Assembly: GCA_022340425.1 (NCBI GenBank)
Contig: JAJDNY010000135.1
Coordinates: 2,806 to 66,805, forward strand
From: Desulfobacteraceae bacterium
GTDB taxonomy: Bacteria > Desulfobacterota > Desulfobacteria > Desulfobacterales > JAABRJ01
Length of the DNA stretch: 64,000 nt
Direction of reading: 5' to 3'
This document shows positions 1 to 10,044 of the stretch, one piece after another. The notes beneath the pieces are model-generated. The model made no database searches. It was not told where the DNA came from and saw only the letters and a list, made by a program, of their open reading frames with translations. How positions within the stretch are numbered: position 1 is the stretch's first letter; each line of letters opens with the position of its first letter. Position numbers and translations under genes: made by a program.

Positions 1-599
1 TCCATTTCTGTCCATACTCAACGGGCAGGTGCCTTTTTTCGGGAATTGAACAACAAACCTCTTATCAGGGTCGCGGCAATAAATAATTCCATAATATAGC
101 GCTGGATTTTGGTTCGTCGCCAAGGCACATTCGCCGGTGCATATCAGGATATGTGCGGGCGGGTGTAACGCCGGTGACGGGCCAAAAGACAAGTAAGATA
201 TGGAATTATTTCTTGCCGAGGCCCCCATGTAGTTGACGCCTGATTATTCTGTGTCCTTAGATTACGGGATATGTTCCGTAATTGAGAGGGCCGGGCGTCG
301 GGCTGAGCGAAACAACTGATTCGCATTTTCAAAATCCAGATTTCCTTAAATTTGAAACTTTTTTTATTGCATAGCCTGGATTACTGATATACGGGAATTA
401 TCTTTAACGAGATTCTAACATTCTGTATTTCGAGTCCACTAAGGTCAAACTTATATTTTGAGTAAAAGTTGGCCAAATTGTTCAACCCAAGGTCGGTATT
501 ATCATTGAGTAGCAGGCCGGTTAATTTTGGGTTGTTTACGGCCGATCTGGCAACCGGCCGCGCCTGTTCCGTAAACCATCACAAACCTGGAGGAAAGCA

Positions 600-1586
600 A
601 TGCGTAAAAGTACATTCAAATGGATATCGATTCTGGTTCTGGTTGCGTTCGCCATGGCACCGGCTGCGATAGCGGCCAAAAAGCGTCTCGCCTTCGGTGG
701 CGGACCCACCGGGGGTACTTTTCAGTACTTTGCCAATGGCATTGCCATTCTGATGTCCAAGAACATCGAGAATGTGGAAGTTTCCAGTGAAGGCACCGGC
801 GGTTCGGCCGAAAACCTCAAACGCTTGAACGCCGGCGATGTGGATTTCGGAATCGTCTATTCGGTGGATTTGTGGCTGGGCTCCCAAGGAAAACTGCCCC
901 AGGACACCAAGCAGTACACCAAGGTCCGTCCGATGAGCTATCTCTACGGCGCCCCGGCCCAGCTGGTGGTGCGGGCCGACAGCGGTGTGACGGACGCCAT
1001 GCAGCTGGTCGGCAAGAAGGTCGCGGTGGGCAATGCCGGCTCCGGGGCGGCGCTCTCTGCGCAGCGGTTTTTTGAAGCGCTGGGGATCTGGGACAAGGTC
1101 GAGCCCCAGTTTCTGGGCTATTCTGCGGCCGCTTCCGCCCTGGGCGACAAGAAGATCGACGCTTTTTGGGTCCTGGTGGGCTTTCCCAATGCTTCGATCA
1201 TCGAAGCCAGCACCACCAATGACATCGCGCTGCTGAACACATACGAAACCGCCAAAACCGCCGGCTTTTTCGACAAGTTCCCGGCCTATTCCGAAGCCAA
1301 GATTCCGGCCGGCACGTATAAAGGCCAGGACAAGGATGTCCTGACCTTCCAGGATTCCACTCTGTGGTGCGCACGGGAAGATCTCGATGCCGAGACGGTC
1401 TTTCAGGCCCTGAGCGTCGTCTACTCCCCGGAAGGGCTGGAACACATGGTGAAGTCCCACAAGGCAGCCGCCGAGATGAGCATCGAAACCGGCATCAGCG
1501 GTATTCCGCTGCCGCTGCACAAGGGGGCTGAGGCCTTCTGGACGGAACAAGGCGTCGTGATTCCCGAGGCCATCAAAGCCCAATAA
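600..1586 (+). CDS. TAXI-family TRAP transporter solute-binding protein
   Basis: 328-aa ORF with a signal peptide (MRKSTFKWISILVLVAFAMAPAAIA) and a GGGPTGGTFxxFANGIA motif typical of TAXI receptors. GGAGGA RBS just upstream. Followed by a fused TRAP permease. Confidence 0.85.
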   Translation: MRKSTFKWISILVLVAFAMAPAAIAAKKRLAFGGGPTGGTFQYFANGIAILMSKNIENVEVSSEGTGGSAENLKRLNAGDVDFGIVYSVDLWLGSQGKLPQDTKQYTKVRPMSYLYGAPAQLVVRADSGVTDAMQLVGKKVAVGNAGSGAALSAQRFFEALGIWDKVEPQFLGYSAAASALGDKKIDAFWVLVGFPNASIIEASTTNDIALLNTYETAKTAGFFDKFPAYSEAKIPAGTYKGQDKDVLTFQDSTLWCAREDLDAETVFQALSVVYSPEGLEHMVKSHKAAAEMSIETGISGIPLPLHKGAEAFWTEQGVVIPEAIKAQ

Positions 1587-1662
1587 AGCGCTAAGGACCT
1601 AACATTCCAGACTATAGGAGGGGTGGATATCCCCTCCTATTTTTCAACTCAATTCAGGGGGC

Positions 1663-3903
1663 TTGCCGGCCATGCCAGATAACGGGATTGAGAATCTCTC
1701 GGAGAGCATCACCAAGGGAGCTCTGCCGGAAGATGAAAAGATCAAAAAGATCATCGAAAAGGAGGAAAAGGGCACCCGCAAGATCCGGGGCTTCTGGCGC
1801 TGGGTTTCCATGATTCTGATGGCGGCCATGGTGCTGATCTACTTTTACTCCTCCGGCATCAGCCCGATTTCCGCCCAGTTGCACCGCGGCATCTACGTCC
1901 TGCTGACCTACGCCCTGGTTTTCATCATGTACCCGGCGGGTTCGGTCTGGATGCGGCCGGTTCTCTGTCTGTTGATGGGGTTGGGAATCGCAAGCGCCGC
2001 CTCAACCTTCGTCTTGTTCGACGGACTTGCCGGTTTTGACGCCCGGGTGGTTGCCTTCAAGGAGCTTTTTCAGGATGAAGGGCTGGTGGCGGCCCTGGGC
2101 AGCATGGGGCCGCTTTGGATCGTTTTTGTCGTCGGGGTCGTGATTGCAGGCCTTCTTTTCCTGGCGGGTTCGTGGGGCAAAAAGCGTTTCCCCAATTCCC
2201 CGAACATAACCGATGTTCTGTTCTGCCTGACCGCTTCGTTCGCCGTGATTTACTGGATACACGAATTCGAAGCCCTCAACTACCGGATGGGAAGTGAAAC
2301 CGCCCTCGATTTCTACATCAGCTTTATCGGCATCCTCATTTCCCTGGAGGTGGCCCGGCGGGTGCTGGGATGGTCCTTTACCCTAATCGGGATCTTCTTC
2401 ATCCTCTATTGCCTCTTCGGACCCTACATGCCGGAGGCCTTCGCGCACCGGGGTTTTCGTCTGGAGCGGATCATCAACGCGCTCTATTTGACCCAGGACG
2501 GGGTGTTCGGGGTCATGGCCGACGTTCTGGCCACCTACGTCATCCTCTTCATATTCTTCGGTGCCTTCCTGCAAAAATCCGGTGCCGGGCGCTTTTTCAT
2601 CGATTTTCCCCTGGCCATCGCCGGCCGGACCGCCGGCGGGCCGGCCAAGGTGGCGGTTCTCGCATCGGCCCTATTCGGCTCCATCTCCGGCAGCGCCATC
2701 GCCAACACGGTGGCCACCGGCGCGTTTACAATCCCCATGATGAAGCGGGCCGGATTCCGCCCCCATGTGGCCGGGGCGATTGAACCGTCCGCCTCCATCG
2801 GCGGCATGTTCATGCCGCCGGTCATGGGCGCGGGCGGGTTTCTGATGGCCGAGCTGACCGGCATCCCCTATGTCAGCATCATGCTGATGAGTGTCTTTCC
2901 CGCCTTTCTCTACTTCCTATCCGTCCTCACCATGGTTCACTTCGAGGCCAAAAAACACGGGATCCGGGGCCTCGAGGACCTTCCCAAACCGTGGCAGATC
3001 CTGAAAGCGCAGTGGTACATGGCCCTTCCCCTGGTGGTCATCATCGTCTTGATGCTGCAGGGCTTTTCACCGGGCTTTTCCGCTTTCTGGGCGACCCTCG
3101 GTTGCATCATGGTCAGCTGGGTCAAAAAGGATACCCGCATGGGGCCCAAGGAAATCTGGGATGCCATGATTACGGGGTCCCGCAACACCCTGGTGATCGG
3201 CGCTACCGTCGGGGTCATTGGCATCATCGTGGGCTCGATCGCACTGACCGGCATCGGTCTCAAATTCTCGGACATCATCATTTCCCTCGCCGGCGGCAAC
3301 CTGGTCATCGGCATTTTGCTGGTGGCGCTGGCTTCGCTGGTGCTGGGCATGGGCGTGCCCGTAACGGCGGCTTACCTGATCACTGCTGTTTTGGCCGTAC
3401 CGGCCCTGGGGGAGATGGGGGTTATGATCATCGCGGCGCACCAGATCGTCTACTGGTTGAGCCAGGATTCCAACATCACCCCGCCGGTCTGCGTGGCGGC
3501 CTACGCGGGTGCCGCCATTGCGGGCTCAGATCCGTGGAAGACAGGCTGGACGAGCTTCAAATTCGCCAAACTGCTCTATGTCATGCCGTTTCTTTTTGCC
3601 TTCACACCCGAGATTTTGATGAAGAACTGGGATCTGACGCCGGCGGAGGCGTTTCCCTTTGGGCACGTCGCCATGTCGTTCTTCTCGGCCACCGTCGGCA
3701 CACTGGCCTTCTCGTCCCTCACCATGGGGTATCTGGTGCGGCGCACCACCCTGATCGAGTGGATCTTTTTCGCGGTGGCCACGGTTCTGTGTTACACGCC
3801 CGGCCTGGCCACGGATCTTAGCGGGATCGCCATGGTGGTGGCGTTGGTCTTTTGGCAGAAACGCAAGAACCGCCTGGAGGCCCTGGCCAAAAACCCCGCC
3901 TGA
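1663..3903 (+). CDS. TRAP transporter fused small/large permease (TAXI-associated)
   Basis: 746-aa highly hydrophobic multi-TM ORF directly downstream of the TAXI receptor. Size and architecture match the fused 4TM+12TM TRAP permeases. Confidence 0.85.
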   Translation: MPAMPDNGIENLSESITKGALPEDEKIKKIIEKEEKGTRKIRGFWRWVSMILMAAMVLIYFYSSGISPISAQLHRGIYVLLTYALVFIMYPAGSVWMRPVLCLLMGLGIASAASTFVLFDGLAGFDARVVAFKELFQDEGLVAALGSMGPLWIVFVVGVVIAGLLFLAGSWGKKRFPNSPNITDVLFCLTASFAVIYWIHEFEALNYRMGSETALDFYISFIGILISLEVARRVLGWSFTLIGIFFILYCLFGPYMPEAFAHRGFRLERIINALYLTQDGVFGVMADVLATYVILFIFFGAFLQKSGAGRFFIDFPLAIAGRTAGGPAKVAVLASALFGSISGSAIANTVATGAFTIPMMKRAGFRPHVAGAIEPSASIGGMFMPPVMGAGGFLMAELTGIPYVSIMLMSVFPAFLYFLSVLTMVHFEAKKHGIRGLEDLPKPWQILKAQWYMALPLVVIIVLMLQGFSPGFSAFWATLGCIMVSWVKKDTRMGPKEIWDAMITGSRNTLVIGATVGVIGIIVGSIALTGIGLKFSDIIISLAGGNLVIGILLVALASLVLGMGVPVTAAYLITAVLAVPALGEMGVMIIAAHQIVYWLSQDSNITPPVCVAAYAGAAIAGSDPWKTGWTSFKFAKLLYVMPFLFAFTPEILMKNWDLTPAEAFPFGHVAMSFFSATVGTLAFSSLTMGYLVRRTTLIEWIFFAVATVLCYTPGLATDLSGIAMVVALVFWQKRKNRLEALAKNPA

Positions 3904-4019
3904 AGGTTTGGCGGGTGAGCGGACGAAAAATCGCTTTTAGGTGAAGTTGTGGGAAAGTCTTTTATCCTGGAATACTTGCAGCCGTAAGAAGTTCAAAAGT
4001 TTCAGCGTCTTTGCTGCCT

Positions 4020-4051
4020 GCGCCGCCTTTCGGGGCGGCGCACCTTTTTTT
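4020..4051 (+). terminator. Rho-independent terminator candidate (first of a tandem pair)
   Basis: GCGCCGCC / GGCGGCGC stem followed by a run of 7 T, downstream of the TRAP permease stop. Confidence 0.6.
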
Positions 4052-4106
4052 CCGAAAAATCCTTGCCCGGCTGAAACCCAAACACTCGCCCGGTATCACG
4101 CCCTGT

Positions 4107-4139
4107 CCACCCGCGGACTGTTCACGGGTGGTTTTTTTT
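4107..4139 (+). terminator. Rho-independent terminator candidate (second of a tandem pair)
   Basis: CCACCCG / CGGGTGG stem with an 11-nt loop followed by 8 T. It overlaps the TTG start proposed by the ORF track at 4138, which argues for a later start of the next gene. Confidence 0.6.
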
Positions 4140-4209
4140 GGCGTTCGAAAGGCGAAGGGGGCGAAGGAAGGTGGGTGCCCCAGGCCGGCCTGCCTTGGAG
4201 AGGCATGAG

Positions 4210-4956
4210 GTGGCGGTTATCGCATCGAGTTTTCCAACCTGGCTGAGCGGGTTCTTTGCGGATCGCGAGATCACCCTGTGGGGTGCGGCCGATCTGCGAC
4301 GTTTCGCCACGCCCAAGGATGAGACCGGGCAGGGATTGCCCTTCGCCCTTGCGTTTGCCTTACGGATGAATCCCAGGATCATGGTCACGATCCAGAAGGG
4401 GCCGAACCGTGCCTACGCCGATGAGTATGCCCGGGTGAACCGGCAGATCAATGATGTCTCCGCGGCCCTGGCCGCCGCAGTGAAATTCCAGGGGTTTCGG
4501 TCTTTGCCCCTGGCCGCCTCCGATCGTACCGACAGGGTGAATATCGCGGGGGATTTTCCCCACAAGACCGCAGCAACCCGGGCGGGGTTGGGCTGGGTGG
4601 GGCGCCACTGTCAGCTCATCACCCGCCCATTTGGATCGTGGGTCCGTCTGGGGACCGTTTTTACCGACCTTGAGCTGCCGTGCGGGCCGTCAAACGAGAG
4701 AAATTTCTGCGGCCGCTGCAGGCGTTGTGTGGATGCCTGCCCCGCGAAGGCCTTGAAAGGCGCCGCATGGCGTCCTGGAGTGCCCCGCGAGGAGATAGTG
4801 GACGTGCGGGCCTGTGATCGCTGGAAAAAGGAGCACTACGTGCAGTACCACGACGGGCACAACTGCGGCATTTGCTCCGCAGTCTGTCCCTACGGGTTAA
4901 AGGCGCTAAAAAATGCATCGGCTGGAAAACGAAATACCCAACCAAAACGCCCGTGA
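4210..4956 (+). CDS. QueG-like (epoxyqueuosine reductase-related) 4Fe-4S protein, short form
   Basis: Motifs AATRAGLGWVGRHCQLITRPFGSWVRLG, CGRCRRCVDACP and CGICSAVCP resemble the C-terminal half of QueG / reductive-dehalogenase-like proteins. Start is uncertain; I chose the in-frame GTG at 4210, 6 nt after GGAGAGG and downstream of the terminator at 4107-4139. Confidence 0.6.
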   Translation: MAVIASSFPTWLSGFFADREITLWGAADLRRFATPKDETGQGLPFALAFALRMNPRIMVTIQKGPNRAYADEYARVNRQINDVSAALAAAVKFQGFRSLPLAASDRTDRVNIAGDFPHKTAATRAGLGWVGRHCQLITRPFGSWVRLGTVFTDLELPCGPSNERNFCGRCRRCVDACPAKALKGAAWRPGVPREEIVDVRACDRWKKEHYVQYHDGHNCGICSAVCPYGLKALKNASAGKRNTQPKRP

Positions 4957-5047
4957 CCCTGCAAGGCGGCCCTGACTGCTGGCCGCTAAAATCCCGCAGT
5001 TTTGTTGATGGGCTTCCCAACGCCAAAAACTTCGAAATGAAACGTTT

Positions 5048-5497
5048 TTAGGCGCCGGTATCGGTATTGCCCAGCAGCTGGGCTTTCTGGTGGATCAAGG
5101 TTCCGAGGGTGATGGTGTCCAGGCGCTGGAACATCGCCTTGCTGGCCTCGATCCAGACCCAGCGAGAGAGACAATCCCCGGCGCGGTTGCAGATTCCGCA
5201 AAGTTTGTCGTTGCGCTCGGCGCAGTCGGTGATGGCTGTTTTTTCCTCCAACACCCGGACGATGTCCCCGATTCTGATCTCTTCGGGGGCCTTGGCCAGC
5301 ATGTGTCCGCCGAAAGGTCCCCGCTGGCTGTTGATGAAACCCGCCTCCTTGAGCTTTCGAATCAGCTTCTCAAGATATTTCAACGAAATGTTTTGCCGCT
5401 TGGCAATGTCACCTAGCGGCACCGGCCCCTTGTCGGCGTGAAGCGCCAGATCCAGAAGCATTCGGGTGCCGTAACGGCTTTTCGTGGTCAGTCGCAT
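5048..5497 (-). CDS. Rrf2-family transcriptional regulator (Cys-cluster type)
   Basis: MRLTTKSRYGTRMLLDLA... is the typical Rrf2 N-terminal wHTH. The Cys group CAERNDKLCGICNRAGDC fits Fe-S-ligating Rrf2 members. The ORF-track start at 5668 adds 57 implausible residues, so I used the ATG at 5497. Confidence 0.85.
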   Translation of the reverse strand: MRLTTKSRYGTRMLLDLALHADKGPVPLGDIAKRQNISLKYLEKLIRKLKEAGFINSQRGPFGGHMLAKAPEEIRIGDIVRVLEEKTAITDCAERNDKLCGICNRAGDCLSRWVWIEASKAMFQRLDTITLGTLIHQKAQLLGNTDTGA

Positions 5498-5594
5498 GAT
5501 GGTGGCCTCAGCGCTGAAGTCCTGCTCCCAACTGGTCTGATTTGGGAACGGACACGTAAATGACAATACATCTTTCCAGCGCTGGTCAGGATTG

Positions 5595-7187
5595 TCAAGA
5601 GTTGTCGCCACTGACCTGAAGGTGGGCGGTCTTAAGCGCTTCGGATGCCGGATCCAGGCGGACCGCATCAGGTTCCGCGCCCTTGGATGGCAGCTGCTGC
5701 ATTTCCGGTTCCGATGCCGCCTGCTTGTCCAGCCGCTGACGCGGCAGGTGGATCAAAAAGCGGGACCCTTCCCCTGGCTTGGAGGTCACCCGGATGCTGC
5801 CGCCGTGCTGGGTGATCACGTGGTGGGCGATGAACATCCCCAGCCCCGTGCCCTTGGAGCCCTTGGAGGAAAAAAAAAGGGTGAACATCTTCTCCTGGGT
5901 TTCCTGATCCATTCCCATGCCGTTGTCGGTTATCTCGAAGCAGACCCGATCGGCGCCGTCCGGGCGTGCCTGGAACCATACCTGATGGTCGGATTGGTTC
6001 CGGTCGTGCGCACAGGCCTCCACGGCGTTTTCAAGGAAGTTCACCAGCGCCGCCTGCAGCCAGTTCGGATCGGCTTCGCACACCCCCAACGCCGGGTCGA
6101 GATCGGTTACCAGCGGGACCTGGTTTCGTTCGGCCATTGGGTAGACGGTGGCCACCACGGTCCGGGCCAGGCGGTGGAGGTCCACCGGCTGGAACTGCAG
6201 CTCCCGGCTTTTGGCGTAGTAGAGGATTTCCAGCACCATCTTGCGGATGCGCTCGGTCATTTGACGGACCTGCTCGAAGGCGTGCTGGATGCGAACGGGG
6301 TCCTGTTTCTTGAGCCCGGTTTCAAGCTGATAGATCCCGCCGTCCAGGGCGGTGAGCATGCCCTTGACCCCGTGGGACATGGAGCCCAGCATCAGCCCCA
6401 GGGAGACCAGGTGATCCTGCAGCTTGCGGATTTGGGTGATGTTGGTGGACATCTCCATCACCTGGGTGATGCGGCCCCACTCGTCCCGGATGGGGGCCGT
6501 CCAGGTGAGCACGTTGTACTGGCGGCCGGACTTGGAGGTCACGATCTCCTCGGTCTGGTGGGGTTTACCGTCCCTGAAGGTGTCGGCCACCGGGCAGTTG
6601 GGGCACTGGGTGGAACGGTGTTTGTACACTTGGTAGCAGAAGGCCCCCACCTGAGTTCCAAAATCCTTTTTGAACAGGCGGTTGGCGGCGGTGATGCGAA
6701 ACTGGCGATCCTGAACCGAGATGTAGCACGGCACTTCGTCAAACAGCTGCTGGTAGAGGTTCTGGGCCGTTTGCAGGGTATCGACCTGCACCGCGTAACG
6801 TTGCAGCTGGTGTTTGAGGGCAATCCACTCCCGGGCCTGTTGCAGGAGGTGATCCAGGGCCAGGCTGTCCACCGGTTTGGCGAGATAGCCCAATGCCTGG
6901 GCGCCGAGCTGTTCCATAAACCGGGGCAGGAGTTCCTCGGCGGAAAAAACGATCAGCTGGGTGAGGGGTGCATCGGCTTTGAACCCGAGCAGCAGCCGGG
7001 GGCCGGCTTCCCGGCCGGCGACCATCGGGTCGGCCAGAACGATCCGGTGCCCACCGGTTTCAAAATGCCGCCGGGCATCGGCCTGAAAAGACGCGATATC
7101 GACGACAAACTGCTGCCGCTCCAGATAAAGGGCCAGTGCCTCGGCAAGGGAGGCGTCCGGGTCGATGATGAGAATTTTCTCCGTCAT
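5595..7187 (-). CDS. Sensor histidine kinase (N-terminal receiver-like domain, Cys-containing PAS, HisKA, HATPase_c)
   Basis: H-box region MSHGVKGMLTAL, and N/G boxes (ENAVEA, DNGMGM, GTGLGM). N-terminal ILIIDPD...IVLADP looks receiver-like. Confidence 0.85.
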   Translation of the reverse strand: MTEKILIIDPDASLAEALALYLERQQFVVDIASFQADARRHFETGGHRIVLADPMVAGREAGPRLLLGFKADAPLTQLIVFSAEELLPRFMEQLGAQALGYLAKPVDSLALDHLLQQAREWIALKHQLQRYAVQVDTLQTAQNLYQQLFDEVPCYISVQDRQFRITAANRLFKKDFGTQVGAFCYQVYKHRSTQCPNCPVADTFRDGKPHQTEEIVTSKSGRQYNVLTWTAPIRDEWGRITQVMEMSTNITQIRKLQDHLVSLGLMLGSMSHGVKGMLTALDGGIYQLETGLKKQDPVRIQHAFEQVRQMTERIRKMVLEILYYAKSRELQFQPVDLHRLARTVVATVYPMAERNQVPLVTDLDPALGVCEADPNWLQAALVNFLENAVEACAHDRNQSDHQVWFQARPDGADRVCFEITDNGMGMDQETQEKMFTLFFSSKGSKGTGLGMFIAHHVITQHGGSIRVTSKPGEGSRFLIHLPRQRLDKQAASEPEMQQLPSKGAEPDAVRLDPASEALKTAHLQVSGDNS

Positions 7188-7243
7188 GCTGGGGGTCCGT
7201 CCAATGCTTGGGTCAAGCCGGGGCCGCGCCGGGAACGCAGGGA

Positions 7244-7597
7244 TTAGGCAAGGGTCTCGCGAACGATCTTCAGCAGCTCCTGTCGGTCGAAGGGTTTGGT
7301 CAGGGTGGCCACGGCCTTGCCGATGGCGTATTCATTTCCCGACAAACCGCTGATGACGATCACCGGGGTGTTTTTCAGCTCCGGGTCCCGGCTCATTTTG
7401 CGGTAAAACCGTGGGCCCCATTCCCCCGGCATCTCCAGATCCAGCGTAATCAGATCGGGTCGTTCGCTTTGCGCCATCTCCAGCCCCGTTTGGGCGTCCG
7501 ACGCATGGCAGGTGGCGTAGCCGTGGTCCGCGAACAATGTGGTGAGATAATCGGCCACGTTGGGGTCGTCATCGATCACCAGTATCTTGTGTCCCAT
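7244..7597 (-). CDS. Single-domain response regulator (CheY-like receiver)
   Basis: 117 aa with KILVIDDD, LITLDLEMPG and TKPF receiver signatures, and no output domain. It occupies the position of rrf1 downstream of hmc. Confidence 0.9.
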   Translation of the reverse strand: MGHKILVIDDDPNVADYLTTLFADHGYATCHASDAQTGLEMAQSERPDLITLDLEMPGEWGPRFYRKMSRDPELKNTPVIVISGLSGNEYAIGKAVATLTKPFDRQELLKIVRETLA

Positions 7598-7658
7598 CTT
7601 TGCTTCCTTTCATCCGTGCAGCGGGGTTAAACCACGAACGGCATTTGGCCCGCAGCGC

Positions 7659-8576
7659 CTACTGTGCCTTGATCGGCCGATTCACGCTGAGCACCGGGCA
7701 GTTGGCGCGGACGATGACCTGCTCCATGGTGCTGCTCAGCCGGGCGGTTTCAACCTCCTGGGGTTGCCCGTGATGGGCCATGATTATCAGATCGGCTTGC
7801 CTTTCCCTGGCGAACTTGACGATTTCGATATAGGGGATCCCTTCCCAGACCTCGATGGCGAATTTTTTGAAGTCCCCCATTTGGGCCACGTAGAGCCCTC
7901 GAATCCGCTGGCGGGCTTCGCGCAGGCGCTTTTCGATGGTGTCCTGGTCCACCAGCACCCCGGTCTGGGGGGTGCCGATATCCAGGGCGTGAAAGAGGTG
8001 CAGCTCGGCGTTCAGGGACCGGGCCAGCTGGAGGGCGTAGGCAAACCCCGCGTTGGCGGCTTTGGAAAAATCGGTGGCAAATACGATGTGGGAAAAAGTG
8101 CCGCCCCAAAACGAGGCTGCCGAACGTCCCACGGCCAGGACGGGGCAAAAAGCCGCCTTGGCGACCCGGTGGAAGGTCGAGCCCACCATCACTTTCTTGT
8201 AAACGGAACTGTCCGGATCCTCGGTGGTGCCGCCCATCACGATCAGGTCCGGATTTTCGTCCCGCGCTTTGCGCAGGATTTCGCGATGCGGGTAGCCCAG
8301 CCGGATGTCGATTGCCGCATCGGGTATCGCCTCCAGTTGCTTGGCATAATACTGCCGGATCTCTTCCCGCACCCAGGCGATGTAGTCCGCGTCGGCCTGC
8401 ACCTTCTCACCCGTTCGGACATCGAGCACCTCCTGGCTGAAGCCGCGGGTGGGCACGCCGAGTACATGCAGCAGGGCAAGCCGTCCGCCATGGCGCTGGG
8501 CCAGGTTGAAAGCCACCCGTGCTGCCGGGTCGCAGGCCGGGGTCGCCGATGTGGCAAACAGAATCTGTTCAAACAT
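7659..8576 (-). CDS. Universal stress protein, tandem UspA domains
   Basis: 305 aa with two Usp-like halves (ILFATS...LHV...; IVFATDFS...HLFHAL...DLIIMAHHG...CPVL). Confidence 0.85.
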   Translation of the reverse strand: MFEQILFATSATPACDPAARVAFNLAQRHGGRLALLHVLGVPTRGFSQEVLDVRTGEKVQADADYIAWVREEIRQYYAKQLEAIPDAAIDIRLGYPHREILRKARDENPDLIVMGGTTEDPDSSVYKKVMVGSTFHRVAKAAFCPVLAVGRSAASFWGGTFSHIVFATDFSKAANAGFAYALQLARSLNAELHLFHALDIGTPQTGVLVDQDTIEKRLREARQRIRGLYVAQMGDFKKFAIEVWEGIPYIEIVKFARERQADLIIMAHHGQPQEVETARLSSTMEQVIVRANCPVLSVNRPIKAQ

Positions 8577-8612
8577 GGTTTACCCCTTTCCCCCGCTGAT
8601 GGCCCGGGGGGC

Positions 8613-10004
8613 CTAGTTGTTTTCGGGTCGAAGATGCTCCGGGACCTGAACCATTTTGATGAGCAACGGCTTTAAAAACGACCATTTGATGGGGACATGA
8701 TATTCTTCCACCAAGTCCCGAATGGCATCCCAGCAATTGTGGCAGGGGGCGATCACCAGTTCGGCGCCGGTGGCCAAGAGCTGATCCCTTTTGGTGATCA
8801 GGGCCTGGTTGCGTTGGGGGCGATACAACCCGATCCCGTTGAACCCCCCGCCGCCGCCGCAGCAATAGTTGTGCTCGCGGTTGGGGGACATCTCCCGGAA
8901 ATAGCCCGGCGCGACGATGTGGCTGATGATCTCGCGGGTGATCTCCTTGAGGCCGTGGTTGCGGATGTAGTTGCAGGAATCCTGGAGCGTCACCGGGACC
9001 TTGATCCGTTTCTCCGGATCGATCTTGAGTTTGCCGCTGCGCAGGGCCTCGGCCACCCACTCCACGTAGTGGATCGATTTGACCGGCGGCCGCCCGTCCC
9101 GGCGGCCGGCCCAGTAGGGGCCTTCGATCACCGTGGCCCGGTGGGCGTGGCCGCACTCGGTGCCCACCATGCGCCTGGGCTTGAGCCGCTCCATGGCGCT
9201 GTAAACGCTTTCCACCTGGAGCTTGCACGCCTCCCAGTCCCCGGCGAACATGGACAGGCTCGTCTGTTCCCAGCCGGAACTGGGAACGGTCCAGTCTTCG
9301 CCGGCCAGATGAAACAAGATGGCGGCCTCGGCCAGGTCTTCCGGATAGTGCTTCACCTCGCGCGCATTGACCGTGTAGAGGATATCGGCCCCCTCCTTGT
9401 CCACCGGCACGGTGAGGCCCGGATAATCCTCGGCGTACTCCTCCACCATCCACTCGAAGGTTTCGACAAACTCCTGGTCGCTGACATCCATCTGGGCGCG
9501 GTAGACCCGGTGCATGCCGGCACCGATCTTCAGCTCCCAGGGAACGAACCCCTGCTGATAGAGCAATCCGCGCAGGTACCCGAACATGACCCCCATATCG
9601 ATGCCATGGGGGCAATACAGGCCGCAGCGGTTGCAGCAGGTGCACTTGGCCCAGGCCGTCTCCATCGCCCTGTGCATGAAGGCGGTGTCCACGTTGCCCT
9701 TGCGGCGCACGATCTCACCCAGGGTGGACTGGATCTTGTAGGCCGGCACCTGCTTCGGGTCGCGGTTGCTGATCCGGTAGAGGAAGCAGCTGTCGGCGCA
9801 CATGCCGCAATGCGCGCAGAGGCTCAGCCAGGTGCGCAGCCGGCTTTTCAATGTTTTTTGAAGGGTGCCCCACAGCAGGGCGCGGTCCACCTCCAGGGCC
9901 TTCATCTCCTGGTAGTAGGTCTTGCCGCCGGTGTCGTCCAGCAGCCGCTTTAATGCCGCCTCGGTCTTGATGGGGGTCCGGTTGCAGAGCGTGCCTTCGG
10001 GCAT
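8613..10004 (-). CDS. hmcF: HmcF, HdrD/DsrK-like cytoplasmic Fe-S (CCG-domain) subunit
   Basis: 463 aa. Ferredoxin-like motifs [11 protein letters not shown] and [12 protein letters not shown] plus CCG-type motifs ([15 protein letters not shown]). Its size and its position as the last gene of the operon match Desulfovibrio HmcF. Confidence 0.85.
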   Translation of the reverse strand: MPEGTLCNRTPIKTEAALKRLLDDTGGKTYYQEMKALEVDRALLWGTLQKTLKSRLRTWLSLCAHCGMCADSCFLYRISNRDPKQVPAYKIQSTLGEIVRRKGNVDTAFMHRAMETAWAKCTCCNRCGLYCPHGIDMGVMFGYLRGLLYQQGFVPWELKIGAGMHRVYRAQMDVSDQEFVETFEWMVEEYAEDYPGLTVPVDKEGADILYTVNAREVKHYPEDLAEAAILFHLAGEDWTVPSSGWEQTSLSMFAGDWEACKLQVESVYSAMERLKPRRMVGTECGHAHRATVIEGPYWAGRRDGRPPVKSIHYVEWVAEALRSGKLKIDPEKRIKVPVTLQDSCNYIRNHGLKEITREIISHIVAPGYFREMSPNREHNYCCGGGGGFNGIGLYRPQRNQALITKRDQLLATGAELVIAPCHNCWDAIRDLVEEYHVPIKWSFLKPLLIKMVQVPEHLRPENN

Positions 10005-10044
10005 GGGGGGGTCTCCTTGTGGTGGCCGTCGCCGGCCGGGGGCC

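Noticed and set aside
5592-7247. 551-aa plus-strand ORF antisense to the histidine kinase. Similar long antisense ORFs occur at 579-1583(-), 8697-9953(+), 13297-14898(+), 19949-21775(+), 35871-37370(+), 39153-40607(+), 41934-43250(+) and 57724-58836(+).
   Set aside because: They are GC-driven shadow ORFs. Their translations are Gly/Arg/Pro/Ala/His-rich low complexity with no motifs, and each lies fully opposite a gene with strong family signatures.
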